From NCBI RefSeq assembly GCF_009914755.1, contig NC_060931.1: DNA of 64,000 nucleotides; one strand, written 5' to 3'. Origin of the DNA: the human T2T-CHM13v2.0 reference genome, Homo sapiens. The translations under genes were made by a program, and so were the position numbers. Below the pieces are notes generated by a model. That model was given only the letters and a program-made list of their open reading frames with translations, did no database searches and was not told where the DNA came from. Of the stretch, positions 38,671 through 63,645 are shown piece after piece (the stretch's first letter is position 1; each line of letters begins with the position of its first letter).

Positions 38671-39681
38671 GCCAGGTTCCAAGATGGCTGAATAGGAACA
38701 GCTCCAGTCTACAGCTCCCAGCTGAGCGACGCAGAAGACGGGTGATTTCTGCATTTCCAACTGAGGTACCAGGTTGATCTCACTGGGGCTTGTCGGACAG
38801 TGGGTGCAGGCCACAGACCGTGAGTCGAAGCAGGGCGAGGCACTGCCTCACCCGGGAAACACAAGGGGTCGGGGAATTCCCTTTCCTAGCCAAGGGAAGC
38901 CATGACAGATGGCACCTGGAAAATTGGGTCACTCCCACCCTAATACTGCACTTTTCCAATGGTCTTAGCAAATGGCACACCAGGAGAATATATCCGGCGC
39001 CAGACTCGGAGGGCCCCATGCCCATGGAGCCTTGCTCACTGCTAGCACAGCAGTCTGAGATCAAACTGCAAGGTGGCAGCGAGGCTGGGAGAGGGGTGCC
39101 CGCCATTGCTGAGGCTTGAGTAGGCAAACAAAGTAGCTGGGAAGCTCGAACTTGGTGGAGCCCACCGCACCTTAAGGAGGCCTGCCTGCCTCTGTAGACT
39201 CCACCTCTGGGAGCAGGGCATAGCTGAACAAAAGGCAGCAGAAACTTCTGCAGACTTAAAGGTCCCTGTCTGACAGTTTTGAAGAGAGTAGTGGTTCTCC
39301 CAGCATGGAGTTTGAGATCTGAGAACAGACAGACTGCCTCCTCAAGTGGGTCCCTGACCCCCAAGTAGCTTAATTGGGAGGCACCTCCAAGTAGGGGCCA
39401 ACTGACACCTCATACGACCGGGTGCCCCTCTGAGACAAAGATTCCAGAGGAATGATCAGGCAGCAACATTTGCCATTGTGCAATATGTGTGGTTGTGCAG
39501 CCTCCACTGGTGATACCCAGGCAAACAGGGTCTGAAGTGGACCTCCAGCAAATTCCAACAGACCTGCAGCTGAGGGTCCTGACTCTTAGAAGGAAAACTA
39601 ACGAACAGAAAGGACACCCACACCAAAACCCTATCTGTATGTCACCATCATCAAAGACCAAAGGTAGATAAAACCACAAAG

Positions 39682-40701
39682 ATGGGGAGAAACCAGAGCA
39701 GAAAAGCTGAAAATTCTAAAAATCAGAGTGTCTGTTCTTCTAAGGAACACAGCTCCTCGCCAGCAATGGAACAAAGCTGGATGGAGAATGACTTCGACGA
39801 GTTGAGAGAAGAAGGCTTCAGAAGATCGGTAATAACAAACTTCTCCGAGCTAAAGGAGGATGTTCAAACCTATCCCAAGGAAGGTAAAAACCTTGAAAAA
39901 AGATTGGATCAATGGCTGACTAGAATAAACAGCATAGAAAAGACCTTAAATGACCTGATGGAGCTGAAAACCATGGCACGAGACCTACATCATGCATGCA
40001 CAAGCTTCAGTAGTCCATTCGATCAACTGGAAGAAAGGGTATCAGTGATGGAAGATCAAATGAATGAAATGAAGCCAGAAGAGAAGTTTAGAGAAAAAAG
40101 AATAAAAGGAAATGAACAAAGCCTCCAAGAAATATGGGACTATGGGAAAACACCAAATCTATGTCTGATTGGTGTACCTGAAAGTGACGGGGAGAATGGA
40201 ACCAAGTTGGAAAATACACTTCAGGATATAATCCAGGAGAACTTCCCCAACCTAGCAAGGCAGGCCAACATTCAAATTCAGGAAATACAGAGAACACCAC
40301 AAAGATACTCACCGAGAAGAGCAACTCCAAGACACATAATTGTCAGATTCACCAAGGTTGATATGAAGGAAAAAATGTTAAGGGCAGTCAGAGAGAAAGG
40401 TTAGGTTACCCACAAAGGGAAGCCCATCAGACTAACAGCAGATCTCTCAAAAGAAACTCTACAAGCCAGAAGAGAGTGGGGGCCAATATTCAACATTCTT
40501 AAAGAAAAGAATTTTCAAGCCAGAATTTCATATCCAGCCAAACTAAGCTTCATAAGTGAAGGAGAAATAAAATACTTTACAGACAAGCAAATGTTGAAAG
40601 ATTTTGTCACCACCAGGCCTGCCCTAAAAGAGCTAAAGGAAGCACTAAACATGGAAAGGAACAACCGGTACCAGCCACTGCAAAATCATGCCAAATTGTA
40701 A
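39682..40701 (+). pseudogene. L1 ORF1, premature TAG at 40402-40404
   Basis: MGRNQSRKAENSKNQ... 240 aa open, then stop; normal end TAA at 40699-40701. Confidence 0.92.
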
Positions 40702-40764
40702 AGACCATTGCGGCTAGGAAGAAACTGCATGAACTAACGAGCAAAATAACCAGCTAACATCATA

Positions 40765-44570
<3,806 letters not shown>

Positions 44571-44914
44571 ACAATGAGAACACTTGGACACAGGGTGGGG
44601 AACACCACACACTGGGGCCTGTTGTGGGGTAGGGGGAGGGGGGAGGGATAGCATTAGGAGATATACCTAATGTAAATGACTAGTTAATGGGTGCAGCACA
44701 CCAACATGGCACATGTATACATATGTAACAAACCTGCACGTTGTGCACATGTACCCTAGAACTTGAAGTATAATTTTAAAAATTAAAATAAAAAAAGAAT
44801 ACTAGTCTCCAATTCCATCCAGGTTGCCGAGAATGCCATTAATTCATTCCTTTTTATGTTAAGCCACTAAATTTGTAATTTGTTATGGCAGCAATAGAAA
44901 ACTAATACATATAA

Positions 44915-45348
<434 letters not shown>

Positions 45349-45557
45349 TTTATTTCATTTTTAATGCTGGTCAAACTGTACTAAATTAACTTTATAAACC
45401 GTTAATTGGTTTATAAATTGTTTTGATTAAAAATTTTTTTAGCCTAGATATTTTGTACATTTTGGAGGGTAGAAAGTGGTGGACTAAACATTGGGCCTCC
45501 GTGGTAGGACAGGGAGATGGGCCAGAAATAATCCTACTTAAAACCAAGAATTGGGAA

Positions 45558-45562
<5 letters not shown>

Positions 45563-45588
<26 letters not shown>
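45563..45588. repeat. (TA)n microsatellite
   Basis: Seen directly. Confidence 0.9.
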
Positions 45589-46739
45589 GAAAAGAAAGGA
45601 AGAGCAAAACCTCTTCTGCAGAGGAAAAAATAACAAGAAAGAAAAGTACAGTTGTTTAATAGGTGTATTGAACAAGTTTTGGAAGGTAAAATGAAGCAGA
45701 GGCCATCTTCCTTCTGCTGTTATTGCTTGCAAGCCAGCCCATAGAAGTGTGAGCACTTAAAGACAGATGTGGCAGCCAGACTCAGGGTTGCAATATGCAG
45801 CAACAGCAGCTTCTGTCCCTTGCATTTCAGCTATGGTACTGTGCTCTTGAATTCACTATTCCACTGGCAGGCTTAACTTTTGTTTCCCTAGTTATTCCAG
45901 TGATTTTATGAGCACAAGTACCTGTACTGATTCTCTGCTTGAATAATACTTGCTCCTGCCCTGAATCTGGACCCATCAATAGGAATCCTTTCATGCAGCT
46001 GGTATTATATGGAAATTGGCTAAACACTTTGGAAAATAATTTCGCATTACCTGGTGAAGTGGAACATGTGCATACCATAAAACTCAGGAATCCTACTCCA
46101 AAAAATATATCCTAGAGAAAATTTTATATAAATATATTCAGGAAGCATGTATAAAAATGTATATAAAAACACTGTTCATAATGACAAGAAATGGATACAA
46201 CCCAAAAGAGAGAGTTCCCTATTAAAAAATCGGTAAGGAACCATAAAGTTCAAGAAGTTACAGAAACTAAAAGATAAAAAGCAATTCCACAAGCTTTGTG
46301 ATAGAAAAGCAAGGACACCTTCCAGGCAGAGGAAGTGGTAGCTGGAGAGCAGAATTAATTAATTAGCAATTAATTATGCTAACTGAAGAACTGTCCACTA
46401 AGTGTTGTGGAGAAAAAGAATTTATCCAAAATGTGGTATTCCTAGGTCATTCATATATCAAGGGGAAAAAAAGCCAATTGAAAAATAAAACGAAATTTAA
46501 AACTCACAATTGGAAGAGGCATAATGTAAAAAGACTGTTGATGACCACTCAGTTGAGTCTAAATCACCATGCTAACAAGAGTTATAGAACAAAATGTAAT
46601 TGCTATAGTTCTTTAAAAAACCGCTACATAATGTAAAAATAAGAACAGTTTGAGGATAATGGACTAGATCAAAAATTTTTTTAAATGCCAACACAATGAA
46701 GGGAAAAGGCAGGGGTAATAATATAAAGTACCTATTTAT

Positions 46740-47033
<294 letters not shown>

Positions 47034-48015
47034 TTATTATTTGTCTTGAGGGCTGACAGAAAATATAACTTTACTTCAAAAGTTGGCAGATGAGGAAACA
47101 CAGACTTATAAAGACTTATAAATTTATTTGAAAGATACATAGAAAATTTCGAGGAGAATAAAAAGCATATGCTTTTATCTTCTAACTGGGAAAGGAAGAG
47201 AAGGGAAGAGGGTAAAAACGTGAAGAAATCAGAGACTACATATCAAAAGAGAAAGAATAGTAAAACTGGAAATATAAGTAAAGATAGCACATGCAAAGCC
47301 AAACACACATAATATAACAATAAATGCAAGTAGGATAAACTTGCCTATAAAAAGTGAAATCGCTGAAACTATATGTTATATATGGAGATTTATCTAAGAC
47401 AAGGGAAATCAAACAAATTAAAACAATGTAAAAACCTGGCGGGTCAAAAACAATTAAGATTAAAAAAAGAAACACGGTATTATAAAATTAATATCAATAT
47501 TCAAAGAAAAAAATTAAATGGGACAAGGAGTATATAATCCACAATGAAAATAACTTATGAATATTTACTTTAAAAATCACATGGTGTTGAAATACACAAA
47601 GTGGAAACTTCTAAAAGGTAAAGATAAAATTAACTAAAATATAATAGTGGTTTTAAAATATGTGTTCCTAAATCTTAAATAAGTTTGGTAGGAAAAAGGG
47701 AATATGAAAAAATCTGCATAATAGAAAGTAAGGTAAAGTAACAGATGTCTTTGGACTCAGCTTGTTGGAAAAAGGAAAACGACGAGCTATTCCAATGCTG
47801 GTCAAGGTAGTAAAGAGTCACTTTGAATCAGTATTGGCTCACCATAGCCAACAATACCACCAAAAGAATTAGAGCCTTGCCTTACATCTAACAAAATTCC
47901 AGAACATTTCAAAGAGATTCATGATCTAAATATTTTTTAAAAACTTATTTTGTAAAAGAATTTAGAATTTTTTAATCCCAGGGTACAAAAAGTCTTTTAA
48001 AGGTAGAGATAAATA

Positions 48016-48158
48016 CAAATGGTCCTTGATATACAAATGATTTGTCTTAAATTTTTTTGACTTTACCATGGTGTGAAAGTGACATACATTTAGGATGCCC
48101 CTGTACTTATAATGGAGTATCACAACATAGACCCATCGTTAAGTCTAGGAGCATCTAT
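48016..48158. mobile_element. Internally deleted MER47/Tigger-type MITE
   Basis: Imperfect inverted ends CAAATGGTCCTTGA ... TCTAGGAGCATCTA with flanking TA. Confidence 0.5.
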
Positions 48159-48859
48159 ACATAAAGTAAAAAACTGACAGTAAAGTAAAAGACTGTTCAC
48201 CAGTTCAGCAAAACATTAAAATATTTTATAATATTCTGTTTTAAGGAAGGAATGAGAGAAGGGACGGTTTAATACATTGTTGATAGGAATATAAAGTGAT
48301 ACATTTTGGAAAGTCAGCTTGATGATTTATATTTTAAAATCTTAAAATTTTAGTTTCCTTTGTTTCCATTAGGGTTGCAATTAACAGACACTATCTTTGA
48401 CTAACTTATGTGAAAAATAAATTCGTTGGAAGGATTTTGGATAGTTCACAGACTCAAAGGGAAAGTTGGAAAACCAAGTCCAGGAAAAAAAATGGAACTG
48501 GACAAATCATCAGACCATCCTCATGGAATAAAAGAATGAATAAACAAAAGAGCCCCCAATATTTTTAATTTCTTATATTATTGCCCTCAAGAACTACTAC
48601 CAAGAGAAAATAGATAATCTGATTGGCCTAGCTTGACTGGTGAGAGCAGGACAATTTATGTTATAATTCTACCAATTCTACACACAAAGGGGATGATGGC
48701 ACCCCCGAAGAATTAGAGTGCTTAGTTTTGTTGCCAAACAAGAGAGTGAGTAGATGCTGAATGGTCAAAAAAGACAAATACCCATTACAGCAGTTTACTC
48801 AGCAACTCTATGTGTAGTACCTTATCCCAAGAAAATAACTGGACAAAGATACAAATATA

Positions 48860-49456
48860 ACCAGGTGCCGTGGTGTGTGCCAGTAGTCCCAGAGTTACCC
48901 AGACAAGGGGAGGGTTCAGCGGGTGACAGTCAGATGACCACAACCAAGGAAGATTTAATTAACAAGGAGATTTTACCATTTGCAACAAGTAAGAAGGACA
49001 CCAGGGATAATTCCCCAAAGCAATTCCTCCCTGAACAGAGGTGAAAACAGGATTTTTAATAGGCTGGTTAGCTGAGTCATTGTATGTAGCACTGGCACAG
49101 TCTCATGAATAGAACGTAGCAAATGAGCTCCTTCCTGGGCGGGGTTTTTAGTACAGTGATGAGGAGCATTTGCAAAAGTTCATCTTAGACTCGGGCCACT
49201 CTGGATACAGCTGGAGTTTTTTTTGTTTGTTTGTTTGTTTGTTTTTAACAGAGCCTGAACTTCTTCTTGGAGCTATTTAAAACAACAAGAACTCCAGGTG
49301 CAACAGTTACAAGGAAGTAGTTTTTCACAGCGGTACCTGAAAAACCAGGGACTCTGGGTTACATCAGCTACTGGGGAGGCTAAGGCAGGAGGATGTTTGG
49401 GCCTAGGAGTTCGAGGCCAGCCTGGGCAACATAGCAAGACCCTGTCTCAAAAAAAA
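48860..49456 (+). mobile_element. FLAM-type Alu monomer split by an LTR
   Basis: GGTGTGTGCCAGTAGTCCCAG (to 48892) resumes as CAGCTACTGGGGAGGCTAAGG...GACCCTGTCTCAAAAAAAA from ~49364. Confidence 0.8.
48893..49363 (-). mobile_element. ERV1-class solo LTR (family not identified)
   Basis: Ends AGTTACCCAG ... CTGGGTTACA (short inverted termini); 4-bp TSD CCAG/TCAG; 471 bp. Confidence 0.65.
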
Positions 49457-51114
49457 GGCAAATATTTGCAAATAAGGCATTTATCACAGTGGTTTTTTTT
49501 ACGGTGAAAACTAAAAATTGTTTAACAATATAGGATTGGCTCAACAAGTTACATCTGAAGAAATGATATGCCACCACTTAAAATAATGATTCAAGTCAAC
49601 AGTCACAGACATGGACTGATGTCCTTAATATACAGTGAATAGAGAAAAGCCCTGGGAGGGGAAAGCAGGGAAGGAAAGGCTTTGAGGGACTGAAAGGCGG
49701 GAGGAAGGACTAGATAAGAAGGTCAGCCCATGGCTTAAGAGGAAAGTGGTTGCTGGGGGCATGGCTGAATAAAAGTGGGCTGGGAAAGGTGAACGAGTTT
49801 ATTCTGAGCTCTGGGTCAGAAGCCGCTGGAAACAGGCCAGGGAAAGTGAAAGGTGGAAGAGTGGCAATTTAGTACCATGGCACAGACAGGCCCTGGATGT
49901 GCCCAACTTCACAACATTCAAATAAATGTCTTTATTTTTTAAATACGGAAGGAGGCATATCCAGAATTGAACAATGATTTTTCTCTAATTCGGACTGTAG
50001 TTTTTGCTTGTCTGCATTATTAATATCTCTATGATGAACCTTAATAAGTTCTGTAGTTTACAAAAGAGAAAAATATCCTCTTAGTCTTCAAATACAACAA
50101 GAGGAATAAACAAAACAAAACAAATCCTAAGACTCAGATTGTTGTGTTAATAGGAGTCCCCAATCACAGTGAGGCGGGTATAGAGATTTTACAAGTTAGA
50201 ATTTCATCCAGGCTTCACAGGAAAACTTGAATCACTGAGTGTGTTTAATCATTACCATCTATTAAGTTGCAGCACAAAACCAGTTTATTGAAGGTCAGGA
50301 CGCCTGGCTTCAGAAGCAATACAATGACCATCTCATCATTCTTCTTTCTCAGCACTTAGTTGGTGTGTGAAGCATGCCACACATTTTTATGCCCATAGCA
50401 ACAGGGAAAGAGTCATATGCTGGAAATAAATTGCATATTCCATCTGCCAATGAAGCAGAGACAACATATCCTTATTGGATCAACTGACATGTTTTTATTT
50501 TCTTGTTTTGTGCAGTTTGGCTTTGTTTTGTTTTAAATAAAATAATGAAGATGAAACTGCTTGAGATAACAGACCTGTAACATGACACATTTATCTTTCA
50601 AAATATTTCTATTCATAAATCTCCCAAGATGGACCAAACCATTTGTACAGGTACTAATGTTTGCTCAGAGTACTGGCCCTATAGGTTTCAATGTCTATCT
50701 CATGAGTGTGGCACAGGTGAGTGAACCAGGAAGTAGGGATAGAAAAATAAAACCGTATCTTCAGCAAGCACTGCAGAATTATTTCCAGCAAGTGCACTTC
50801 CTCCTCCCCGCTCAATGTTGCAAGCAGAAAATGGAATTACTCTTGTAGCAACAGCTTTCTTTTTATCAGTTATAGGTGAAGTGGCCAGAAGAGAATCATA
50901 GAATATTGAGGCTAGAGAAACTAGATACCATCTTACCTAGCTTCTTCATTTATGACCCAGGAAGCTGACATACAGAGAAGTCATGCCACCCCTCAATGAC
51001 ACTGGAGCAGCAAGGACAAGACCTTCTACTTAGTTTCCAAGATAATTATTTGGTTGTAGTTGTGGGAATATCATTTACTGGATTTCCTTAAACCCAGGAA
51101 AATTCAGATTTAGA

Positions 51115-51706
51115 ATTTGATTTCATTTCTACTGCAGCAGAACCAATTACCACCAACTTGGAAGCTGAAAACAATTCTCATTTCTTAGCTCACAATTCTG
51201 TAGTTTGGAAGTCCAAGCATGCCATGGAGGGTACTCAGCTCAGGTTTTCTCTAGGCTGCAATCAAGGTCTTGGTCAGCTGCACTTGCACCTGGAGCTCGG
51301 GGCTTCTTCCAAGCTCATGTGGTTGTGGCAGAGTTCAGTTCCTTGTGGTTTTAGGACTGAAGTCTGTTTCCTTGCTGGCTGTCACCTGGGAGATGCTCTG
51401 AACTCCTAGAGGCTGCCCTTACTCCTACCCATGTGGTCCACAGCCAACAACGGAGCCAAATCTGTCTCGAATTCAATCTTCTCATGCTTCAAATTTCCCA
51501 GACTTCCAATCGCTCTCCAGGAAGAGCCCAGTCTCTTTTAAGGCTCACCTGATTAGCTAGGTCAGGTTTACCCAGAGTAATCGCCCTCTTTTAAGGCCAC
51601 CTGTGCCATATTGTATTACCTAATCATGGGAGTGATAACCCATCATATTTACAGGTCCCTTCCACACTCGAAGGTTGGAGATCATCTTAGGATTTTGCCT
51701 ACCACA
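51115..51706 (-). mobile_element. MLT1-type MaLR solo LTR
   Basis: AATTACCACCAACTT...CTCACAATTCTGTAG start; CATCTTAGGATTTTGCCTACCACA end. Confidence 0.75.
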
Positions 51707-54279
51707 GAAACCAGGCAATTCAGCAGCTTGCCACAGCACTGGCCCAGCTGTGAGCTCCATTGAGCTGAAACAAAAGACATATCAGGATTCAGCACATTTC
51801 TGAGGCTGTGCTATGAAGATTATGGGCATGGAGATTAATGAGCTACAGAAGTTCTTGCTCACTCACCAAATTTTAAACAAAACTTAGAGGCTTACAAAGC
51901 CTTATGTAAGGGAGAGATACCAAAACTAAATTTCATAAGATTATTGAAGGAAACAGGATCACTTTATAATTTCTAGTTTGAGATTATATATATCAACTAT
52001 TCAAAATTATGTTCTTCCTATAAAAGAGCTGATTCTTCCCTTCATCATGAAAATAAAAGAAATGGCAAATGATGGCTTTGCATATTGCAAAGACAATGCT
52101 CCATCTATGAGGATCTTAAGCCTCTTTTTTGAACTCAGTAAAAAATGTATTTATTACACAGACCAAAATGTGTCGCCTGCTGCTGGTAGCTGTCCCATCT
52201 GTCCATTTCCACAGCTACAACTCTATTTCAGTTATTCTCTGTCTTTCTCCTGGACTCTGCATTGGCCCCTCACCAGGGATTTAGGGTCCCTTTTTTCATT
52301 TTTTACTCAACTTGCACTCAGTCACCAAATTTGATTCCTGTTACTCTGCTCCTCAGCCTTATCTGAGCCTGTAAAAATCCCATCTGTTTTTCCCAGTCCA
52401 GTAACCTCCAACCTCTTGGAAGTACCTAGCCTTTCCTCTATCTAAAATAACCCTTTGTTCCACTTTCACCTCACTACCTGTTCTTTGTACTGCGGATACA
52501 CTAGGTAGCAAGTCCCTTGAAAGCAGGAATCTTGTCTTTCTCATTTGCAGAGCTTTCTACAGAATGAGTTCTCTATGTATACATTTGTTGATTAAAGGGA
52601 TACATTTTTCATTCTTCTGTTTTGATACTGACTTATTCTTGTTGAGAATGGGAAAAAAATAAGTTCTGAAATCCACTCATACAAAAGACTTTATTATTGT
52701 TGGCCAACTGAGAATTAACTTATCCATACAGTCAAGTGCTTAATCGTCTCTTTGGTAGTAAGTCAGCACTTAGGAAGATGAATTAATATTCTGGTTACTG
52801 AGGGGTCATGTAGAATTCTGCAGCAGTAAGTAAAGTACATATGAAATGGTGACACATTTAAGAGAGCACACAAAAGACAGAACAATAATTCATCCAATGA
52901 CTTGAAAGAGTCCACAAACATGTCTAAACACCAAGTTTACAAGCAAGACTGTAATTGCATTGGTTTACATAGGCACTGAGGGAAATAATATACTGGGCAC
53001 CCAGAATAGTAGTAGTATAGTATTGCGATAATCTAAGCAGTAATTGATCATAGTCCTAAGCTCTGCAGGAAATGGCAACTATAGGTATAACTATCTACCA
53101 GAGATACACGACTGATATGTCATCTACCTTCCAAGAATCTCCACTGACCCATTCTTAACCCACTGAAACAAATAATTTTTCATCCTGCCTTTAAAGGCCT
53201 TCCATGATTTGGGCCTACCTTACCTGTGTAACTATGTCTCCCTCACTTACCAAGACATGCTCTCAATTCTAGCCATCATTGTCTTCCTGCTATCTTCAAG
53301 AATCACCCTCCACATCTTTGCCAATGATCTCTTTTCTTCCTTAGAAAGACTCCTTACTCTCCTCCAAGCCTGTCGATTGCCCATCATCAGGATGTTCGCA
53401 AATCCCAGCTCCTTCAGGATCCTTTACTAACAATGCTTGAGAATATCTGGGTATTGCATTTCTGCTTGAAAAACATGTTGGCTGGTATAATATCCTTGAG
53501 TTACACCTTACTTCCCTCAGAATAGAGATTTCTCCAGTGCCTCTAAAATTTGCAATATTCAATTGAGAAATCTGATAATCAACTTTTTTTTCTCTTTGTA
53601 GATGATTTGATTGTTGTGCCTGGATGCTTAGAGTGTTCTTCATCCTTAAGGTACAACATTACAACTAGAATATGTTCATGTTGAGTGTTATGGATGAAAT
53701 TTACTTGTAATTCATTAGTATTTTCAATCAGAATTTTTATTCTTTATCGTAGGGATATTTTCTCATATTTTTAATACTTATTTTACTTTCATGTGTTCTC
53801 TACTTAAAAGATGTCTGCCATTCTTATGTTGGATCTTTTCTGTCCTCAATACTTATTAGTTTCTTTAATTGTTTTAATCTTTTTGTCTTTTTATTAACTT
53901 TATCTGTGATTATTCATTTCTCCTTGTCATTATTTTCAGTATCAGCTATATTAATTCTGTTTCTTGCCATTTCTGTACATTTATTAGTTCTGTTATTTTG
54001 AGATTTGATCCTCAAATTGTTTCCTTGGGTTTGGAAATTTTCTTTTAATCTCATTTTGTTGTATTAGCATCTTATTTTTGAGCTCTATATCAGATTCAAA
54101 TTTTTATTAGGTTGTTCTATAGTGTAAAGCAAATGTTCCTTGCTTGATATTTCTTTTAGAATGAATTGGCTATCTTTTGCATACTTGCTTATTTCCTTTT
54201 TTATTTTGCTGTCAAATGTTTGTATAGTTTCCATTCCATTTATTTAGATATTGCTCACTTAGTTTGCTGATAATTTTCC

Positions 54280-54766
54280 TTCTTCTTACCATGCCCAGAT
54301 CCATTTATACCCTCCTCTGACATGCTCTGTGACCAAGGAGGCTGACTTACATTGATTTCATTACCACAGCAGACTCCTTTGCCCTCTGGCTTTTTATTGG
54401 GTTCTGCCAACAGGAAGAATTGGCAGGAGGTTGGAAGATGGAAAGAGGGAAAAGTCTAGGCACTTATCCCCACTCCTTTCCTGCCTTGCCATGGTCTTAC
54501 GATGACCACATCCCTCTACTGTTGCAGCTTCTGCCTGGTGGCCTCTCTTCCACGGCTCCATCACTGACATGACTCCACTAGCACAATTCTTTCTCCTCTT
54601 CTCTTTAGGAAATATCTTTCTGGCTCTGCTAGTCTCCAGTGCTTCTCCATCTCCTATTGGTTTCCTTAACATCATTCAAATTTTGGTAAGTAGTTTCTTC
54701 CTTAAATGCTTTTCAGTTAAAACCTTTGAGTTTGCCATCATTTTTGCTAGGACCCTAGCTGATGCA
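54280..54766 (+). mobile_element. LTR33-like ERVL solo LTR
   Basis: TTGGGTTCTGCCAACAGGAAG...GGCAGGAGGTTGGAAG core; end GCTAGGACCCTAGCTGATGCA. Confidence 0.55.
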
Positions 54767-54827
54767 CTTAGACAGCTTTGGCCAGGCATTGTATGTGCTT
54801 TGGTATATTATGAATGGCTTTTTGAAT

Positions 54828-55270
54828 CCTGTCTTAATTTGGGTAATCAGAAGCATATCCTACGGCAAATATTCCATAGCAAGTAATTTATTTGGGAAGT
54901 GTAAAAGTCCAGCAGGGAGTAGAGAAATGAGCTAGAAGGGAAGTCACTGAATAAAGGGTGTGTCTATAAGGCTAGCCACTACTGGAGGCAACTGGAGCTT
55001 AATTCCTCGGGTAGATTCTGAGAAATAACTCAAAATATGCTCCTCAAAGTTATCCAACCCAAGGAGCAAAGTTGCTCACGTGCTCATACATCAACTGCTA
55101 TCAGTCATTTGGTCAAGGCCAGCTCTCAGAGGAGTGCTAACTCTCCCCTGCCCCGCCCTGACCCCACAGTCAGGAAGCCTCCTGTAAATTCAGAGGAGGC
55201 CTTAAGGAAGAGTTAAAGATACTGGCAAAAGGTAGACTGGTAGTGCTCTGAAGGATGTGGGCAAAATACC
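54828..55270 (-). mobile_element. LTR16-like ERVL LTR
   Basis: GCAAGTAATTTATTTGGGAAGTG and AATAAAGGGTGTG motifs. Confidence 0.5.
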
Positions 55271-55928
55271 ATAGCTAGAAAAGCTATGATTTTCTGCTAT
55301 GATTTTTCCCCAAATATGAAACCAGTTTTTCTTTACTCTTAGGGATACAGTCTAAGAGCTGAGTATTTTAAGTCTACCCACTTGTCTGTAATTTGAAGGA
55401 ATGGCAGTGATTAAATGGTAGGTAGGAAGGAGAAGAATATGACTTAGGCAATATTCTTTATTTATTGCAATATCCTGGCTCCATTCTCTCTTCTGAGTTT
55501 TCATAAGGGCTTTTTACCAGGTTTCGCTCCACTTACTTCCATGTGTGAAGGTTGACAGCAGGCAGTGGGATGGGGCTGGGAGGAATTAGAGGTGGGGAAA
55601 GAGGATTGCAGAGGTGGCTCCAGCATGTTCCCTGTTCAACATGTGACCTTAGAGCATTGATTTTTATCACCAAGAATCAGTTCCATAGTACACTTTACAT
55701 ATTGCATCTATTTCTTCCCAGATGTTTTCACTACTCACCAGTCAGAGGGAAAAAAACATAAAGATGCCCAGTGATCTTTTTTAGACCTAAACCATTGGTA
55801 ATATTAAAGGATACTTATTAAAAGAGGGTACAATCAGGACTCACATAGATATAAAATAAATGCATGCCAAAGATTTTATTTAAATCATTAATTAATGAAG
55901 GAACCTATAAGGTGTTAAAACCTGTTCA

Positions 55929-62290
<6,362 letters not shown>

Positions 62291-63645
62291 TGTTCAAATT
62301 AGAATTCAAAATATCACCTACATACAGGCAGATAAGAAATGCTAAAATGAATTTATACATAGATACAAAACCTAGTGAAACTGGTCAGAATCCACAAGGC
62401 AATAATCAATTGCATGGCACTGGACATTTCTGGAAAAATACTTTTACAGAAAAAAAGCATTTGCATTACTATCACTTCCCTACAAATTATAGACTTGTAA
62501 TGTAATTCAAAAACAGTGAAAGGCAGAGATAACCTGGAAGACAGCACTAGACAGGACAGTAAGTATAATCTTTAATGGTTTTTCTTTTTTTAAAATCTAT
62601 TTCAAAGAACTTCACAATTTTTTCTGACAGTTCAGTATTGTCAGAGTTTAGCAGACTCACTTGTATGCTTTCTGGAGCATGGAGGTTAAGAACTTACGTT
62701 GCTCTGCTGTTCTGTCTGCATAAGAATACAAGAGCCTTTTGCTTCTTCCTCAGGTGCCAAGCTTGTTGATGGTGGTGGCTGTGGTTGATTGTATTACCTT
62801 ATGCCTCTTTTTGTTTGGTTGTTGTGGATGATTTTTTTCCTGCTATTTGGTATTTATTTTTGCTAATTGTGTGAAGTATTAGAGATGGATGATTTTGTAA
62901 CTTATTTTCAGTCTATTATCCTAACTAGAAGCTTCTCCTAAAAACACTAACCCACATTGACCTCCCCATTTACTTGCTTCTGAAACAAAAATTATATTAC
63001 CCATTTTGATAATAATATTATCTTGGAGAGTGGTATGACTGTGTGTCCTTTTAACCTGTACATTCAGGACAAAAGTCGAAGCCAAAGCCAAATTCTTTGA
63101 GTAATTCAAGGCCCCTGCTGCTTCCCCAGATTTAGCCCAGCTTCAAGGATCACTGAAACACTAAGGGGATGCTCCCAGGTCATTCTTCTACTCACTGCTT
63201 TCATTCAGCCATTTCTAAATCTGAGTACTCAGGATATTTTGACTCGTGCACTTTCCTCAAATCCTAATTCTGAGGATGTCACTGCTGTCTAACTGTAATT
63301 CTCCTCTGCAGGAAATTTAATACTATTTCCTTTTATTCCTGTAGCCAAACCATTCCTCATGTCATATTGAGAAATTTCTCTCAAAATCTAAAGTAAATAA
63401 CCAAGGAAAAGATCTGTTCATGACATACAGTTAAACTGCACTTGACCCAACCAGTGGATTTTGTCTGGAATATAAATTCTCAAACTGGCTTTCCATAAGC
63501 CTAATAAAGCTGAGGTTATTTTTCTATCTACCACAAAAAGTTCAAGTTTTATTTTCAAATTTCTCAATGTTTAACCAGTGTTAAGGAAAATTCTTATACC
63601 AACTCTGCCCGTTATACAACTGATATCAAATGATTTCTCATTATC

